A DNA stretch of 35,502 nucleotides. It comes from a virus. The stretch lies in the IMG/VR virus record IMGVR_UViG_3300018475_000067. One strand, given 5' to 3'. The notes under the pieces were generated by a model, which saw only the letters and a program-made list of their open reading frames with translations, made no database searches and was not told where the DNA came from. Below are positions 23,203-33,186 of this stretch, in pieces (positions within the stretch are counted from its first letter, which is position 1; each line of letters begins with the position of its first letter). Position numbers and translations under genes: made by a program.

Positions 23203-23553
23203 ATGGCAAAAGATGAATACTATGTGCTGGTATGCAAAATATTAGTATATCTTTACAAGCGTTTAAAAGGAAAAACAAAAATAAAGCCGGAAGAATATTT
23301 ACTTCCATTGACAAAAGATTTCCCCATACATGAAGAATACTTTTTATATGTTTTGGAGAAGATGCAGGAGCAGGGATATATAGAAAAAGTGGTCTTTGTA
23401 CGAGCATGGGGAGAAGATATTATTATGGCAGATAGCAGTAAGATAAGAATTACACCTGTGGGAATTGACTATCTGCGTAATGACAGTGTTATGAATAAGC
23501 TGATACATACCATACCGGAAGCGGCAGCGATTATTAGTTTATTTCAAGTATAA
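23203..23553 (+). CDS. YjcQ-like winged-helix protein, possible small terminase / DNA-recognition subunit
   Basis: YYVLVCKILVYLYKRLKG... resembles the YjcQ family. Lies immediately upstream of terL. Confidence 0.45.
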   Translation: MAKDEYYVLVCKILVYLYKRLKGKTKIKPEEYLLPLTKDFPIHEEYFLYVLEKMQEQGYIEKVVFVRAWGEDIIMADSSKIRITPVGIDYLRNDSVMNKLIHTIPEAAAIISLFQV

Positions 23554-23574
23554 AAGCAGAAAGTGAGGAGCAGT

Positions 23575-25014
23575 ATGGCAGAACCGCGAATTGGTCGCCA
23601 GACTCCCACACAATCCGTTGTATTACCTTACTATGTAACAAAAGGGCAGGAAGCAATCGATTATTATAATAATTCCGGAAGAACTGCACAGCAGTGGCAG
23701 GAACTTTTATTAAGTGATATTTTGGCTGTGAATGAAGAAGGACTTTGGGTACATACCAAATTCGGTTATTCCGTGCCACGAAGAAATGGAAAGAATGAGA
23801 TTGCAGCAATCCGGGAGGTGTTTGGACTTTTAAAGGGGGAAAGAATACTTCATACAGCCCTCAGAACTACAACCAGTAGTGCTGCATCCAAACGATTGTC
23901 AGCTATTCTGAATGGAATGGGATATTGCGAAATCGCAAGACCAAAAGCTGGAGAGGAATATAAGAAAGCATACACCTACTCCAAACAATTTGGTCTTGAA
24001 AGAATTGTAATCCTGGATGAAGGAGGAGGCAGTTGTGATTTTAGAACCCGTTCCTCCAAAGGTGGTCTGGGAGAAGGTTTCGATTTGCTGGTTATTGATG
24101 AAGCACAAGAATATACTGACGATCAGGAGTCAGCACTGAAATATGTGGTAACAGACTCTAAAAATCCACAAACAATCTTTTGTGGAACACCACCTACACC
24201 GGTAAGCTCCGGTACCGTATTTACTAAATTAAGAGTTTCTATTTTATCAGGAGGAACGGTAAATGCAGGTTGGGCGGAATGGTCAGTGGAAAAACATTCT
24301 AATCCAAGAGATAAAGAATTGTGGTATGAAACCAATCCATCACTGGGAACGATTTTTACAGAAAGGTCTGTTACAGATGAAATTGGAACAGATGATGTAG
24401 ATTTCAATATTCAGAGACTGGGATTGTGGATTAAGTATAATCAGAAATCTGCTATCAGCAAAGTGGAATGGCAGGAATTAAAGGCAGAGAAATTGCCGGA
24501 GTTATCCGGAGCATTATTTGCAGGTATCAAATATAGTCATGAAGGTGGGAATGTAGCATTGTCCATAGCGGTCAAAACCAAAGATAAAAAGATTTTTGTA
24601 GAAACTATTGACTGTCGGGAAGTCAGAGCCGGAAATTATTGGATAATTGACTTTTTAAGAAATGCAGCCATTGAAAAAATAGTGGTAGATGGTGCCAATG
24701 GACAGCAGATTTTAGCAACTGAAATGAAAGAGGCAAAATTAAAAACACCGTTACTTCCTACGGTAAAAGAAATTATTGTGGCAAATTCCACCTTTGAACA
24801 GGGAATTTTTCAGGCAAATATTGTCCATAGCGGTCAACCTTCTGTAGAACAGGTAGTTGGAAATTGCGAGAAGAGAGCCATTGGAGCTAATGGAGGTTTT
24901 GGATATAAAGCTATGCAGGAGGATATTGAGATTGCAATTTTGGACAGTCTGGCATTAGCCTACTGGGTATGTAGTACAAGTAAGGAAAGAAAAAAACAAA
25001 AAGTAAGCTATTAA
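23575..25014 (+). CDS. terL: Terminase large subunit
   Basis: Walker A-like PRRNGKNE, Walker B LLVIDEAQ, and a C-terminal nuclease-type region. ATG 23575 follows a GTGAGGAG SD sequence. Confidence 0.85.
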   Translation: MAEPRIGRQTPTQSVVLPYYVTKGQEAIDYYNNSGRTAQQWQELLLSDILAVNEEGLWVHTKFGYSVPRRNGKNEIAAIREVFGLLKGERILHTALRTTTSSAASKRLSAILNGMGYCEIARPKAGEEYKKAYTYSKQFGLERIVILDEGGGSCDFRTRSSKGGLGEGFDLLVIDEAQEYTDDQESALKYVVTDSKNPQTIFCGTPPTPVSSGTVFTKLRVSILSGGTVNAGWAEWSVEKHSNPRDKELWYETNPSLGTIFTERSVTDEIGTDDVDFNIQRLGLWIKYNQKSAISKVEWQELKAEKLPELSGALFAGIKYSHEGGNVALSIAVKTKDKKIFVETIDCREVRAGNYWIIDFLRNAAIEKIVVDGANGQQILATEMKEAKLKTPLLPTVKEIIVANSTFEQGIFQANIVHSGQPSVEQVVGNCEKRAIGANGGFGYKAMQEDIEIAILDSLALAYWVCSTSKERKKQKVSY

Positions 25015-25036
25015 GGCACCGAAAGGTGTCTTTTTT
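25015..25036 (+). terminator. Intrinsic terminator
   Basis: GGCACC-GAAA-GGTGTC, then TTTTTT. Confidence 0.6.
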
Positions 25037-25086
25037 AGTGGATAAATTTACCGATACCACCGGGTTAAGTGGGAAAGGAGACAAAA

Positions 25087-25581
25087 ATGGGAGAGTTTAA
25101 AGTAATTGAAACACAGGAACAGTTAGATGCTGTTCTGGGAGAAAGACTGAAAAGAGAAAGAGAAACAGTGAAAAAAGAATACGCCGGATATTTATCACCG
25201 GAAGATGTGAAAAAGTATGAAGGATACTTGTCACCGGAAGATGTGGCGAAAAAGTATGAGGGATACTTATCACCGGAAGATGTAACTAAGAAATATGCCG
25301 GATATTTATCACCGGAGGAAGCAGCGAAAAAAGATGCCAAAATCAAAGGGTACGAGACCGACTCGGTAAAAACGAGAGTAGCCCATGAAGTTGGATTATC
25401 TTATGATGCAGTAGCCTTTTTAAAGGGTGAAGATGAAGAAACTATCAGAAAAAGTGCAGAAACTTTAAAAACTCTGGTAGGCAGTAGCAATGTTGCACCA
25501 TTGGCATCTACGGAAAATGGAGTAGGGAAAGCGGATGAAGCAGCATATAAAAATGTATTAAAAGGATTAAAAGGAGAGTAA
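25087..25581 (+). CDS. Capsid scaffolding protein (DUF4355-like)
   Basis: N-terminal EFKVIETQEQLDAVLGERLKRERE. Lies directly upstream of the major capsid gene. Confidence 0.7.
   Translation: MGEFKVIETQEQLDAVLGERLKRERETVKKEYAGYLSPEDVKKYEGYLSPEDVAKKYEGYLSPEDVTKKYAGYLSPEEAAKKDAKIKGYETDSVKTRVAHEVGLSYDAVAFLKGEDEETIRKSAETLKTLVGSSNVAPLASTENGVGKADEAAYKNVLKGLKGE
25180..25332 (+). repeat. Four tandem 36-39-nt coding repeats (Y-A/E-G-Y-L-S-P-E-D/E-V-x-K-K)
   Basis: The repeats read YAGYLSPEDVKK, YEGYLSPEDVAKK, YEGYLSPEDVTKK and YAGYLSPEEAAKK. Confidence 0.85.
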
Positions 25582-25585
25582 GAAA

Positions 25586-26470
25586 ATGGCAGGAGTATTA
25601 TCAAAAGGAACATTATTTGATCCCCAATTAGTAACAGATGTAATCAATAAGGTAAAAGGGAAATCATCTTTGGCGGTATTATCCCGTCAGGAACCGATTC
25701 CTTTCAACGGTAGCAAGGAATTTGTATTTTCTTTAGATTCTGAAATTGATATTGTGGCAGAAAATGGGAAATATTCTCACGGTGGAGCAACTTTTGAACC
25801 TATTACCATAATTCCGATTAAAGTAGAGTATGGTGCAAGGGTATCGGAAGAGTTCTTAACAGCAACGGAAGAAGAGCAGATTGAAGTTTTGAAAAATTTC
25901 AATGAAGGTTTCGCTAAAAAAATGGCAAGCGGTATGGATTTAGCGGCTTTTCATGGGGTAAATCCTCGTACCGGACAGCCTTCAACAGTGGTAGGAGATA
26001 ACCATTTTGATGCGAAGGTAACTCAGACAGTTACTTATGATGCGGATGCACCGGATAAGAACCTTGAAGCAGCTATTGCACTTGTGGAAGGTTCTGATGG
26101 TGAAGTGACAGGAATGGTGATTGCACCTGCAGTGCGTACTGATTTAGCTTCCATGACAAAAAGCAATAGCGAAAAATTATATCCGGAATTTGCTTTTGGT
26201 GGTAAACCATCAAATCTCGGATCCAATGCATTGGAGGTCAATAAAACCGTAGCAGTAGGAGATGTGGACAAAGCAATTGTCGGAGATTTTGCCAACAGAG
26301 TGAAATGGGGATATGCAAAGGAAATTAAAATGGAAGTTATCCCATATGGTGACCCGGATAATACAGGGGTAGACTTGAAAGGTAGCGGACAGGTTTACAT
26401 TCGTTGTCAGACTTACATTGGCTGGGGTATTTTTGATGGCGACTCTTTTGCCAGAGTTATTACTGCATAA
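25586..26470 (+). CDS. Major capsid protein (HK97-fold family)
   Basis: 294 aa, follows the scaffold gene. N-terminal GTLFDPQLVTDVINKVKGKSSLAVLS is typical of this family. Confidence 0.85.
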   Translation: MAGVLSKGTLFDPQLVTDVINKVKGKSSLAVLSRQEPIPFNGSKEFVFSLDSEIDIVAENGKYSHGGATFEPITIIPIKVEYGARVSEEFLTATEEEQIEVLKNFNEGFAKKMASGMDLAAFHGVNPRTGQPSTVVGDNHFDAKVTQTVTYDADAPDKNLEAAIALVEGSDGEVTGMVIAPAVRTDLASMTKSNSEKLYPEFAFGGKPSNLGSNALEVNKTVAVGDVDKAIVGDFANRVKWGYAKEIKMEVIPYGDPDNTGVDLKGSGQVYIRCQTYIGWGIFDGDSFARVITA

Positions 26471-26616
26471 TGAAGTATGTAAATGTGAAAACAGGGGCGG
26501 TCATTGAGACCGCCTGTGTAGTAAAAGGAGACAACTGGAAAATTGTGGAGAAACAGCCAAAGGAAACAATAAAGAAAACAGTAGTCAAGGGAACAAAGAA
26601 AAAAAGTGGTGAATAA
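26470..26616 (+). CDS. Small basic protein (48 aa)
   Basis: Manual ORF MKYVNVKTGAVIETACVVKGDNWKIVEKQPKETIKKTVVKGTKKKSGE. ATG overlaps the capsid gene stop. Confidence 0.4.
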   Translation: MKYVNVKTGAVIETACVVKGDNWKIVEKQPKETIKKTVVKGTKKKSGE

Positions 26617-26617
26617 A

Positions 26618-27013
26618 ATGGAATATTTTGCAACGGTACAGGATGTAACAGAGTTATTCCGTCCATTAACAGAAGAGGAAGAAAAGAAAGCAACAGCCTT
26701 ATTACCGGTGGTTTCAGACAGCATACGGCAGGAAGCAGTGAAAGTGGGAAAAAACATTGACCAAATGATTACAGAAGGAATCTTGTTAGAAAATGTTGTA
26801 AAATCCGTGACCGTAGATGTGGTTGCTAGAGCGTTAATGACTTCTACTAATTCAGAGCCAATGTCCCAAATGTCACAATCAGCTCTTGGATATTCCGTTT
26901 CCGGAACCTATCTGGTTCCTGGTGGTGGTTTATTTATTAAGAAATCAGAACTATCCCGACTGGGATTACGAAGGCAACGATGTGGGGTGATAGATTTATG
27001 TTCGAAGGAATAA
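26618..27013 (+). CDS. Head-tail connector (Gp19/Gp15/Gp42-like)
   Basis: YFATVQDVTELFRPLTEEEEKKATALLPVVSDSIR follows the family pattern. Confidence 0.65.
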   Translation: MEYFATVQDVTELFRPLTEEEEKKATALLPVVSDSIRQEAVKVGKNIDQMITEGILLENVVKSVTVDVVARALMTSTNSEPMSQMSQSALGYSVSGTYLVPGGGLFIKKSELSRLGLRRQRCGVIDLCSKE

Positions 27014-27330
27014 TGATTATTTTGTATGACAAAGTAAAGGTAGGAGAAGACGAATTTAACCATCCTGTTTATGAAGAAGTACCAAAAGAGGTGAAAAATG
27101 TGTTAGTTTCTCCCTCTTCCTCTACAGATATTGTGGATAATCTCAGTTTATATGGGAAAAAGGCAATTTTTACCCTTGCAATTCCAAAAGGAGACACAAA
27201 CATCTGGGAAGACCGGACAGTAGAGTTTTTTGGAAAGAAATGGCGGACTTTCGGTTTTGTGACAGAAGGGATTGAGCAACTTATTCCACTTGATTGGAAC
27301 AAGAAAGTGATGGTGGAGCGGTATGAGTGA
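26998..27330 (+). CDS. Head closure / head-tail adaptor protein
   Basis: Assigned on position and size. An alternative start is ATG 27013 (TAATG overlap). Confidence 0.5.
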   Translation: MFEGIMIILYDKVKVGEDEFNHPVYEEVPKEVKNVLVSPSSSTDIVDNLSLYGKKAIFTLAIPKGDTNIWEDRTVEFFGKKWRTFGFVTEGIEQLIPLDWNKKVMVERYE

Positions 27331-27700
27331 GGTAAGAAAGATGCTGGAAATAATTCTTTTACGATATTTTAAGAAAAATATGGAAGTTCCTGCTTTTATG
27401 GAAACACCTGAGAAAGAACCCAAACGGTATATTTTGTTAGAAAAAACAGGCGGTTCCATGGAAAATCATATCTGCTACGCAACGATTGCAGTACAGTCTT
27501 ATGCAGAAAGTATGTATGAAGCGGCAGTGTTAAATGAAGAAGTCAAAGGTGTGATACTGAATGGTTTTGTCAGGCTACCTGAGATTTCAAAAGTAAAACT
27601 GAATACAGATTATAATTTTACAGATACAACGAAAAAGAAATATCGTTATCAGGCGATATATGACATAACTTATCAGGAGGGAAGTAATTATGGCGAATGA
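27323..27700 (+). CDS. Tail completion / head-tail joining protein (DUF3168-like)
   Basis: Assigned on position before the major tail gene, and on size and pattern. Confidence 0.5.
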   Translation: MSEVRKMLEIILLRYFKKNMEVPAFMETPEKEPKRYILLEKTGGSMENHICYATIAVQSYAESMYEAAVLNEEVKGVILNGFVRLPEISKVKLNTDYNFTDTTKKKYRYQAIYDITYQEGSNYGE

Positions 27701-28277
27701 TGCAAATAATGTGGCAACAGGGAAACCAAAGATTGAAGGTGCGGTATATAGAGCGCCACTTGGTACTGCACTTCCGGCAGATGCGACAACGGTATTGGAT
27801 GCAGCCTTTAAGGCATTGGGATATATCAGTGAAGATGGGTTTAAAAATAATAACTCTCCCAAAAGTGAAACCATTAAAGCGTGGGGCGGAGATGTTGTTT
27901 TGAATATGCAGACAGAAAAGCCGGATACTTTCAAAATGAAATTAATCGAAGTTTTAAATGTGGAAGTATTAAAAGCTGTTTATGGAAGTGACAACGTGGA
28001 AGGAACGCTGGAAGAAGGTATTACGGTAAAAGCAAACAGTAAAGAACAGGAAAGTGCTGTATGGGTGGTAGAACTGATTTTGCATGGGGTATATAAAAGA
28101 ATTGTAATTCCGAATGCATCTATTTCTGAAATTGCAGAGATTGAGTACAGTGATTCCAGTGCCATTGGCTATAATATTACCATTACAGCGGTACCGGATA
28201 AAGATGGGCAAACCCATTATGAATATCTGAAAAAAATAGCGAAAGTAACAGAAACAACAGGAGAAACAGAAGAGTAA
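27690..28277 (+). CDS. Major tail protein (phi13/TP901-like)
   Basis: [41 protein letters not shown] follows the family pattern. Confidence 0.8.
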   Translation: MANDANNVATGKPKIEGAVYRAPLGTALPADATTVLDAAFKALGYISEDGFKNNNSPKSETIKAWGGDVVLNMQTEKPDTFKMKLIEVLNVEVLKAVYGSDNVEGTLEEGITVKANSKEQESAVWVVELILHGVYKRIVIPNASISEIAEIEYSDSSAIGYNITITAVPDKDGQTHYEYLKKIAKVTETTGETEE

Positions 28278-28327
28278 GGTATAGGAATAAAGAGTGCTCA
28301 AAATTATAGAAAGAAAAGGTAAGGTAT

Positions 28328-28591
28328 ATGTTAACAGGAAAAACAGAAAGTGGATTTGAGTTTCAGCTTAGTGAAAATGCAATGAATAACATGGAACTGA
28401 TAGAAGATTTGGCAACTGTAGACCGGGGAGATGTTACAGCACTTCCTAAAGTGCTGGTTGCGTTGCTTGGAGCAGAGGAAAAGAAAAGACTTTATGACCA
28501 TCTGCGAACAGAAGATGGAAGAGTTCCTATTGATTTGTTGGTAGAAGAAGTGAAACAGATGTTTAAAGTGAGTAAAGAATTAAAAAACTAA
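28328..28591 (+). CDS. Tail assembly chaperone (gpG-like)
   Basis: Lies upstream of the tape measure gene. Ends in the slippery A_AAA_AAC. Confidence 0.7.
   Translation: MLTGKTESGFEFQLSENAMNNMELIEDLATVDRGDVTALPKVLVALLGAEEKKRLYDHLRTEDGRVPIDLLVEEVKQMFKVSKELKN
28582..28588 (+). promoter_or_regulatory. -1 programmed frameshift slippery heptamer A_AAA_AAC
   Basis: In X_XXY_YYZ phase with the 28328 ORF. The -1 frame continues directly into the 28591 ORF. Confidence 0.6.
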
Positions 28592-28959
28592 TGGCCCTTG
28601 CCAATATGATAAATACAGACCGAGATGCATTAATTTGCGACCTGGCTGAAACATATGGAATTTTTGATTATAGGTCGCTCCCGGCACAAACGGTAGCGGC
28701 CTTATCTATTGGCTTAAGGGCGAATTCAAGAATAAAAATGAAACTTGCAGGAATGGAGTTTGAGCCGGATGTTTATCTGTTGGCAGCTATCGTGGATCGG
28801 CTGTCAATTTTACTATGGCGGCAAACAAAGGATGGAGTAGAGGGAATAAATATGCCAGAACTGATTTTGGGGCACAGTGAAGAGAAGGTATCCAAAGGAT
28901 TTTCCTGCGGTGAGGAGTTTGAAAAATTCCGTGCAAGTATTCTGAGAGGAGAAGGATAA
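28591..28959 (+). CDS. Tail assembly chaperone extension (gpT-like; possibly expressed as a G-T fusion)
   Basis: The ORF is in the -1 frame relative to the gpG-like gene, immediately before the tape measure gene. Confidence 0.6.
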   Translation: MALANMINTDRDALICDLAETYGIFDYRSLPAQTVAALSIGLRANSRIKMKLAGMEFEPDVYLLAAIVDRLSILLWRQTKDGVEGINMPELILGHSEEKVSKGFSCGEEFEKFRASILRGEG

Positions 28960-28960
28960 A

Positions 28961-31066
28961 GTGGCAACAGAACTGGCAAAAGCGTATGTGCAGATTATTC
29001 CTTCTGCACAAGGAATGAAGGAGAAAATCAGTGAAATACTGGGAGAGGAAGTACCAGGTGCAGGAAAAACAGCAGGCACAACATTAGGGAGCAGTCTAGT
29101 GGGGAGCTTTACCAAAGTAATGGCAACACTGGGGATAGGAAAAGTAATTTCAGATGCCTTTAGTGAAGGAGCTGATTTGCAACAGAGTATCGGTGGTGTG
29201 GATACCTTATTTAAAGAAAGTGCTGATATTGTAAAACAGTATGCAAACGAAGCCTATAAGACTGCGGGATTATCTGCGAATGAATATATGGAAAGTGTTA
29301 CTGGCTTTTCTGCTTCTTTATTGCAAAGTCTTGGAGGCGATACTGCTAAGGCTTCGGAAGCGGCAAATACTGCTTTGGTAGATATGTCGGATAATGCCAA
29401 TAAAATGGGAACCAGCATGGAACTTATTCAGAATGCATATCAGGGATTTGCAAAACAGAATTATACTATGTTGGATAATTTGAAACTGGGATATGGTGGA
29501 ACTCAAAAGGAAATGGAAAGATTGCTTGCTGATGCCGAGGCTTTTTCCGGAGTTTCTTATGACATTAGTAATCTCAGTGATGTGTATGAGGCTATTCATG
29601 TTATTCAGGGAGAAATGGGCATATCAGGAAGAACGGCAGAGGAAGCAGCAGCGATTATAGAAAGAACCGGAAGAAGTTCGGCAGAGGTATATGAACAGTT
29701 AGGAACCACTGCCAAAGAAGGAGCAACCACCTTTTCAGGTGCATTGGCATCTATGAAAGCAGCAGCCACAAATCTGCTTGGAAAATTGACGTTAGGAGAA
29801 GACATAAGTTCAGAACTGTTTGCATTACAGGAGACGTTTCAGACATTTTTGTTTGGCAATGTACTTCCTATGGCAAAAAGTCTTCTATCTACTCTGCCTG
29901 ATATATTGGATGGATTGTTTACTTTAGTTGTTCAAACCATAAATAATATTGATGCTGGAGAAATGGTACAAACAGGGATTAACCTGGTAACCGGATTGGC
30001 AGATACGATTGTTTATAATATTCCGTATCTGTTAGAAGCTGCGTGGAATTTAATGAGTGAGTTTGGAAAAGCATTGCTTACAACGGATTGGTCTGAAGTT
30101 GGGATGAATCTATTGAGAGAATTGCAGGGAAGTCTGGAATTAAATGCAGGTGAAATCTTGGGTGCAGAAGGTTCTTTTATCACTGTATTGGCAGAGCAGA
30201 TACAGGAAAGTTTACCTACCATTCTGAATCAGGGAATACAGATTGTAACGAGTATTGTAGAAGGAATTTTGCAGACAATTCCTACCTTGCTAACAACTGC
30301 CGGAGAATTACTTGGTCAGTTTGCAGCTTATTGCATGGAAAATCTTTCGATTATCTGGGCTGCGGGAACAGAATTATTATTGCAGTTAGTGAATGGTATT
30401 ACAGAATATCTTCCTGCGATTGCAGAACCGGCGATTCAGACGATTGCTCAGTTTACAGAAACGATATTGAAGAATCTTCCACAAATATTAGAAAGTGGAA
30501 TTTCTCTTATTAGCGAGTTAATAGCTGGTATTATTTCTGCCATTCCGGATGTTGTGAGTGCTGTCTGGGATATTATTGTAACAATAAAGGATGAATTTTC
30601 TAAAATTGATTGGTTGGAAGTTGGAACCAATATTCTTGAGGGTATTAAGAATGGGTTGTTAGGTGGATTGGATGTTATTGGAGATGCAGCCAAAGAAGTT
30701 GGGAAAAAAGCATTAGGAGCTGTGAAAGAATTTTTAGGTATTGCAAGTCCCTCAAAAGAATTTATTAAAATTGGTGAATTTGTAACAGAAGGATTTGCCC
30801 AAGGGATTACACAAAGCTCTGCTAATGTCGAGAATGCATTACAGAAACTGACAAAGGTTAATATGGGGGACTTTGCATTAAATGCAACAGCCGGACAAGG
30901 AAACGGAAATGGAGTAAATTCAGATGCAGTGTTGGAATTAGCTAAAGCTATTTCTGAAAATCCAACCAAGGTTATTGTTACTTTGGAAGGAGATGTAAAG
31001 AGATTGTTTCGGGCAATGCAGTCTGAGGCTAGAAATAATCAGTTACTTACAGGCGTAAAAGTGTAG
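28961..31066 (+). CDS. Tape measure protein
   Basis: 701 aa, helical and repetitive, with a GTG start. N-terminal MATELAKAYVQIIPSAQGMKEKI is typical. Confidence 0.85.
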   Translation: MATELAKAYVQIIPSAQGMKEKISEILGEEVPGAGKTAGTTLGSSLVGSFTKVMATLGIGKVISDAFSEGADLQQSIGGVDTLFKESADIVKQYANEAYKTAGLSANEYMESVTGFSASLLQSLGGDTAKASEAANTALVDMSDNANKMGTSMELIQNAYQGFAKQNYTMLDNLKLGYGGTQKEMERLLADAEAFSGVSYDISNLSDVYEAIHVIQGEMGISGRTAEEAAAIIERTGRSSAEVYEQLGTTAKEGATTFSGALASMKAAATNLLGKLTLGEDISSELFALQETFQTFLFGNVLPMAKSLLSTLPDILDGLFTLVVQTINNIDAGEMVQTGINLVTGLADTIVYNIPYLLEAAWNLMSEFGKALLTTDWSEVGMNLLRELQGSLELNAGEILGAEGSFITVLAEQIQESLPTILNQGIQIVTSIVEGILQTIPTLLTTAGELLGQFAAYCMENLSIIWAAGTELLLQLVNGITEYLPAIAEPAIQTIAQFTETILKNLPQILESGISLISELIAGIISAIPDVVSAVWDIIVTIKDEFSKIDWLEVGTNILEGIKNGLLGGLDVIGDAAKEVGKKALGAVKEFLGIASPSKEFIKIGEFVTEGFAQGITQSSANVENALQKLTKVNMGDFALNATAGQGNGNGVNSDAVLELAKAISENPTKVIVTLEGDVKRLFRAMQSEARNNQLLTGVKV

Positions 31067-31077
31067 GAGGAATCACA

Positions 31078-31434
31078 ATGTTAGTAATGATTGGTTCTAC
31101 AGATTTAACTTCCAAAATAGAGAATAATTCTTATGTTATGGAAGCAGAAGATAGTTTTTTAGAGTGGGAAGATGGAAATAAACAAAAACACAGAGTATAT
31201 GTGAAAAGTAAAGTGAAGGGTAGCTTTAATGTTATTTGTGATGCTCGCCTAGGAATGAGTTCAGTTGAGTTTTTAGAATTGATAAAGGAAAACACCCAAA
31301 ATAATGTATTGTTGATTACTTGCTGGATAACTAATAAAGCTGAGTATAGAACTTTAAATGCATATGCGAAGATTATTACGAAGAAACACACAGATACAAT
31401 GGATATTTTTGGAGTGGAAGTGGAGGAACGATAA
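31078..31434 (+). CDS. Tail component (distal-tail position, unusually small)
   Basis: Assigned on position after the tape measure gene only. Confidence 0.4.
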   Translation: MLVMIGSTDLTSKIENNSYVMEAEDSFLEWEDGNKQKHRVYVKSKVKGSFNVICDARLGMSSVEFLELIKENTQNNVLLITCWITNKAEYRTLNAYAKIITKKHTDTMDIFGVEVEER

Positions 31435-33176
31435 TGATTGAAGTACCTACAAGAGTGAAAGAGGCTTTGGAAGATGGCAGCTATCTGAAAAATTATCGTT
31501 TTATCATATTGGATGAGAATGGTGAGGAAGAATTTACCATTGATAACAATAATCTAGTAAGTGAGTCTGTTAGTATTGATGAGCGTTTATGTTCAGAAGA
31601 TACGATTAAATTTGGACTTTGTGAAGGGTGTCAGCTTCAGTTTGAATATTTTGGTTTCCCGGATATACGGGGAAGAAGAATACATGCATATATAGATGTA
31701 CAGTATAAGGAAAAAGATGGCAGTTTACAGTGGCATTCCATATCATTAGGTTTCTTTGAGGTAAGAGAGTGTGCCATGCAGTTTTCCACAGGCATTAGGA
31801 AATGTTCCTGCTATAACAAATTATATAGTGAGTATCTGGATGCAAAGGCAGATGAATTGGTAAAAGAACTTGTTAACGCAGGAGAGTGTGGTGTAACTAA
31901 TAAATTATCCGTACACACATTACTTAAAATGTTACTTCAAGGATATTCAATTGAAGAAGTATTTGAAGAGGAGACAGAATATAGTGCGGCAATTTCCGGA
32001 CGTAGTTATAACAAAATTGCTGTTCCGGTAGCATATGCAGACGGAACGACTACGGGAGGATATTATTATATTCATACAGTCAATGGATATATTATACCTA
32101 AGGGATTTAGTGAAGATGATTTTTTTTCTTTTCGTATCTATGCAAAACAGATACGTCAGAAATTAAAGGATAAAGGTATTGTTTCAGCATCACGTTATAC
32201 GATAGCAAACGGTGAAGTGTATTCGTTTGAGGAATATGCAAAAACAAATTTTAATGGTGCAAGAGCTGTAGGAGGGGGTGCAGACATAATATCAACTTCC
32301 GGAGAAAAAATTTTAGAATTAAAGTTTGGTAAGGCGGAAGAGGATGTGATAACAGATTACATTACGAATATAAGGAAAGGGGTATCTATAACTATTCCGG
32401 TAAAGGTAACAGGTGGAAACTCTTCGGATCCGGACATTACGGAGGCAGAAAGAGAAACAATGAATAATTTATATGAACAATTTATTTCAGAAGTGAATGT
32501 CGTTGATTGCACTCATAAGATATTAGCACCAATAGAGAAGTATAGGCTGACATCTGCGGTAATGGAAGAATTATCAGATATAACAATTAGAAAATTACAA
32601 TCAGCAGTGTATGAAACGCGATGTTTGTTTGGGCGTTTGGATAGAATAACAGATTTATTTAGTGGAGTGGAATTGAATAATAAAAGACTTTTACCGGCGC
32701 AAATTTTGTATCCGGAAAGAGATTTGTATCCTAAGGGATTGTCTATCAGAGCTAAAAAAAGTACATTTCAGCAGTTATGGGTGGAAAATGATAATGTGAA
32801 GAAGTTTCGATATTTAATTGTTACCTATAAAACCGTGGATGCAGAAGGTGCGGAAATTGAGAAAGTACTTCAGCGGACCATTAATAATGATGGAAATACA
32901 GATTATCATATGTCTGATAACTGGCTATTTAAAAATTTTGTATGGACTGAGGAAGAAGTTGGAATTTATGCAGATAATATGATTGAAAAAATGCAGAATA
33001 TGACATGGTTTCCTTTTGAAATGTGGTGTGTGGGACTTCCTTTTCTCGAAACGGGTGATGAAATTGAAATACCCACTGATAATGGAACATATACCACCTA
33101 TATACTTCAGAGACAAATGAAAGGGATACAGAGTTTGGCAGATAGTTATATTAACGGCACTCTGAATATTTTCTAG
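31434..33176 (+). CDS. Tail tip / baseplate-associated protein
   Basis: 580 aa. Assigned on position. Confidence 0.5.
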   Translation: MIEVPTRVKEALEDGSYLKNYRFIILDENGEEEFTIDNNNLVSESVSIDERLCSEDTIKFGLCEGCQLQFEYFGFPDIRGRRIHAYIDVQYKEKDGSLQWHSISLGFFEVRECAMQFSTGIRKCSCYNKLYSEYLDAKADELVKELVNAGECGVTNKLSVHTLLKMLLQGYSIEEVFEEETEYSAAISGRSYNKIAVPVAYADGTTTGGYYYIHTVNGYIIPKGFSEDDFFSFRIYAKQIRQKLKDKGIVSASRYTIANGEVYSFEEYAKTNFNGARAVGGGADIISTSGEKILELKFGKAEEDVITDYITNIRKGVSITIPVKVTGGNSSDPDITEAERETMNNLYEQFISEVNVVDCTHKILAPIEKYRLTSAVMEELSDITIRKLQSAVYETRCLFGRLDRITDLFSGVELNNKRLLPAQILYPERDLYPKGLSIRAKKSTFQQLWVENDNVKKFRYLIVTYKTVDAEGAEIEKVLQRTINNDGNTDYHMSDNWLFKNFVWTEEEVGIYADNMIEKMQNMTWFPFEMWCVGLPFLETGDEIEIPTDNGTYTTYILQRQMKGIQSLADSYINGTLNIF

Positions 33177-33186
33177 GAGGAAGGAA

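Noticed and set aside
25065-25346. 93-aa minus-strand ORF with SSGDKYP repeats
   Set aside because: It is the antisense reading of the tandem repeats in the scaffolding gene. It has no SD sequence and lies wholly inside a well-supported + strand gene.
30448-30969. 173-aa minus-strand ORF inside the tape measure gene
   Set aside because: It is a shadow ORF of a long repetitive + strand gene with no translation signals. The many other antisense ORFs in the track (for example 399-755, 8851-9129, 9272-9700, 9916-10314, 26413-26757, 27587-27934) were rejected for the same reason.
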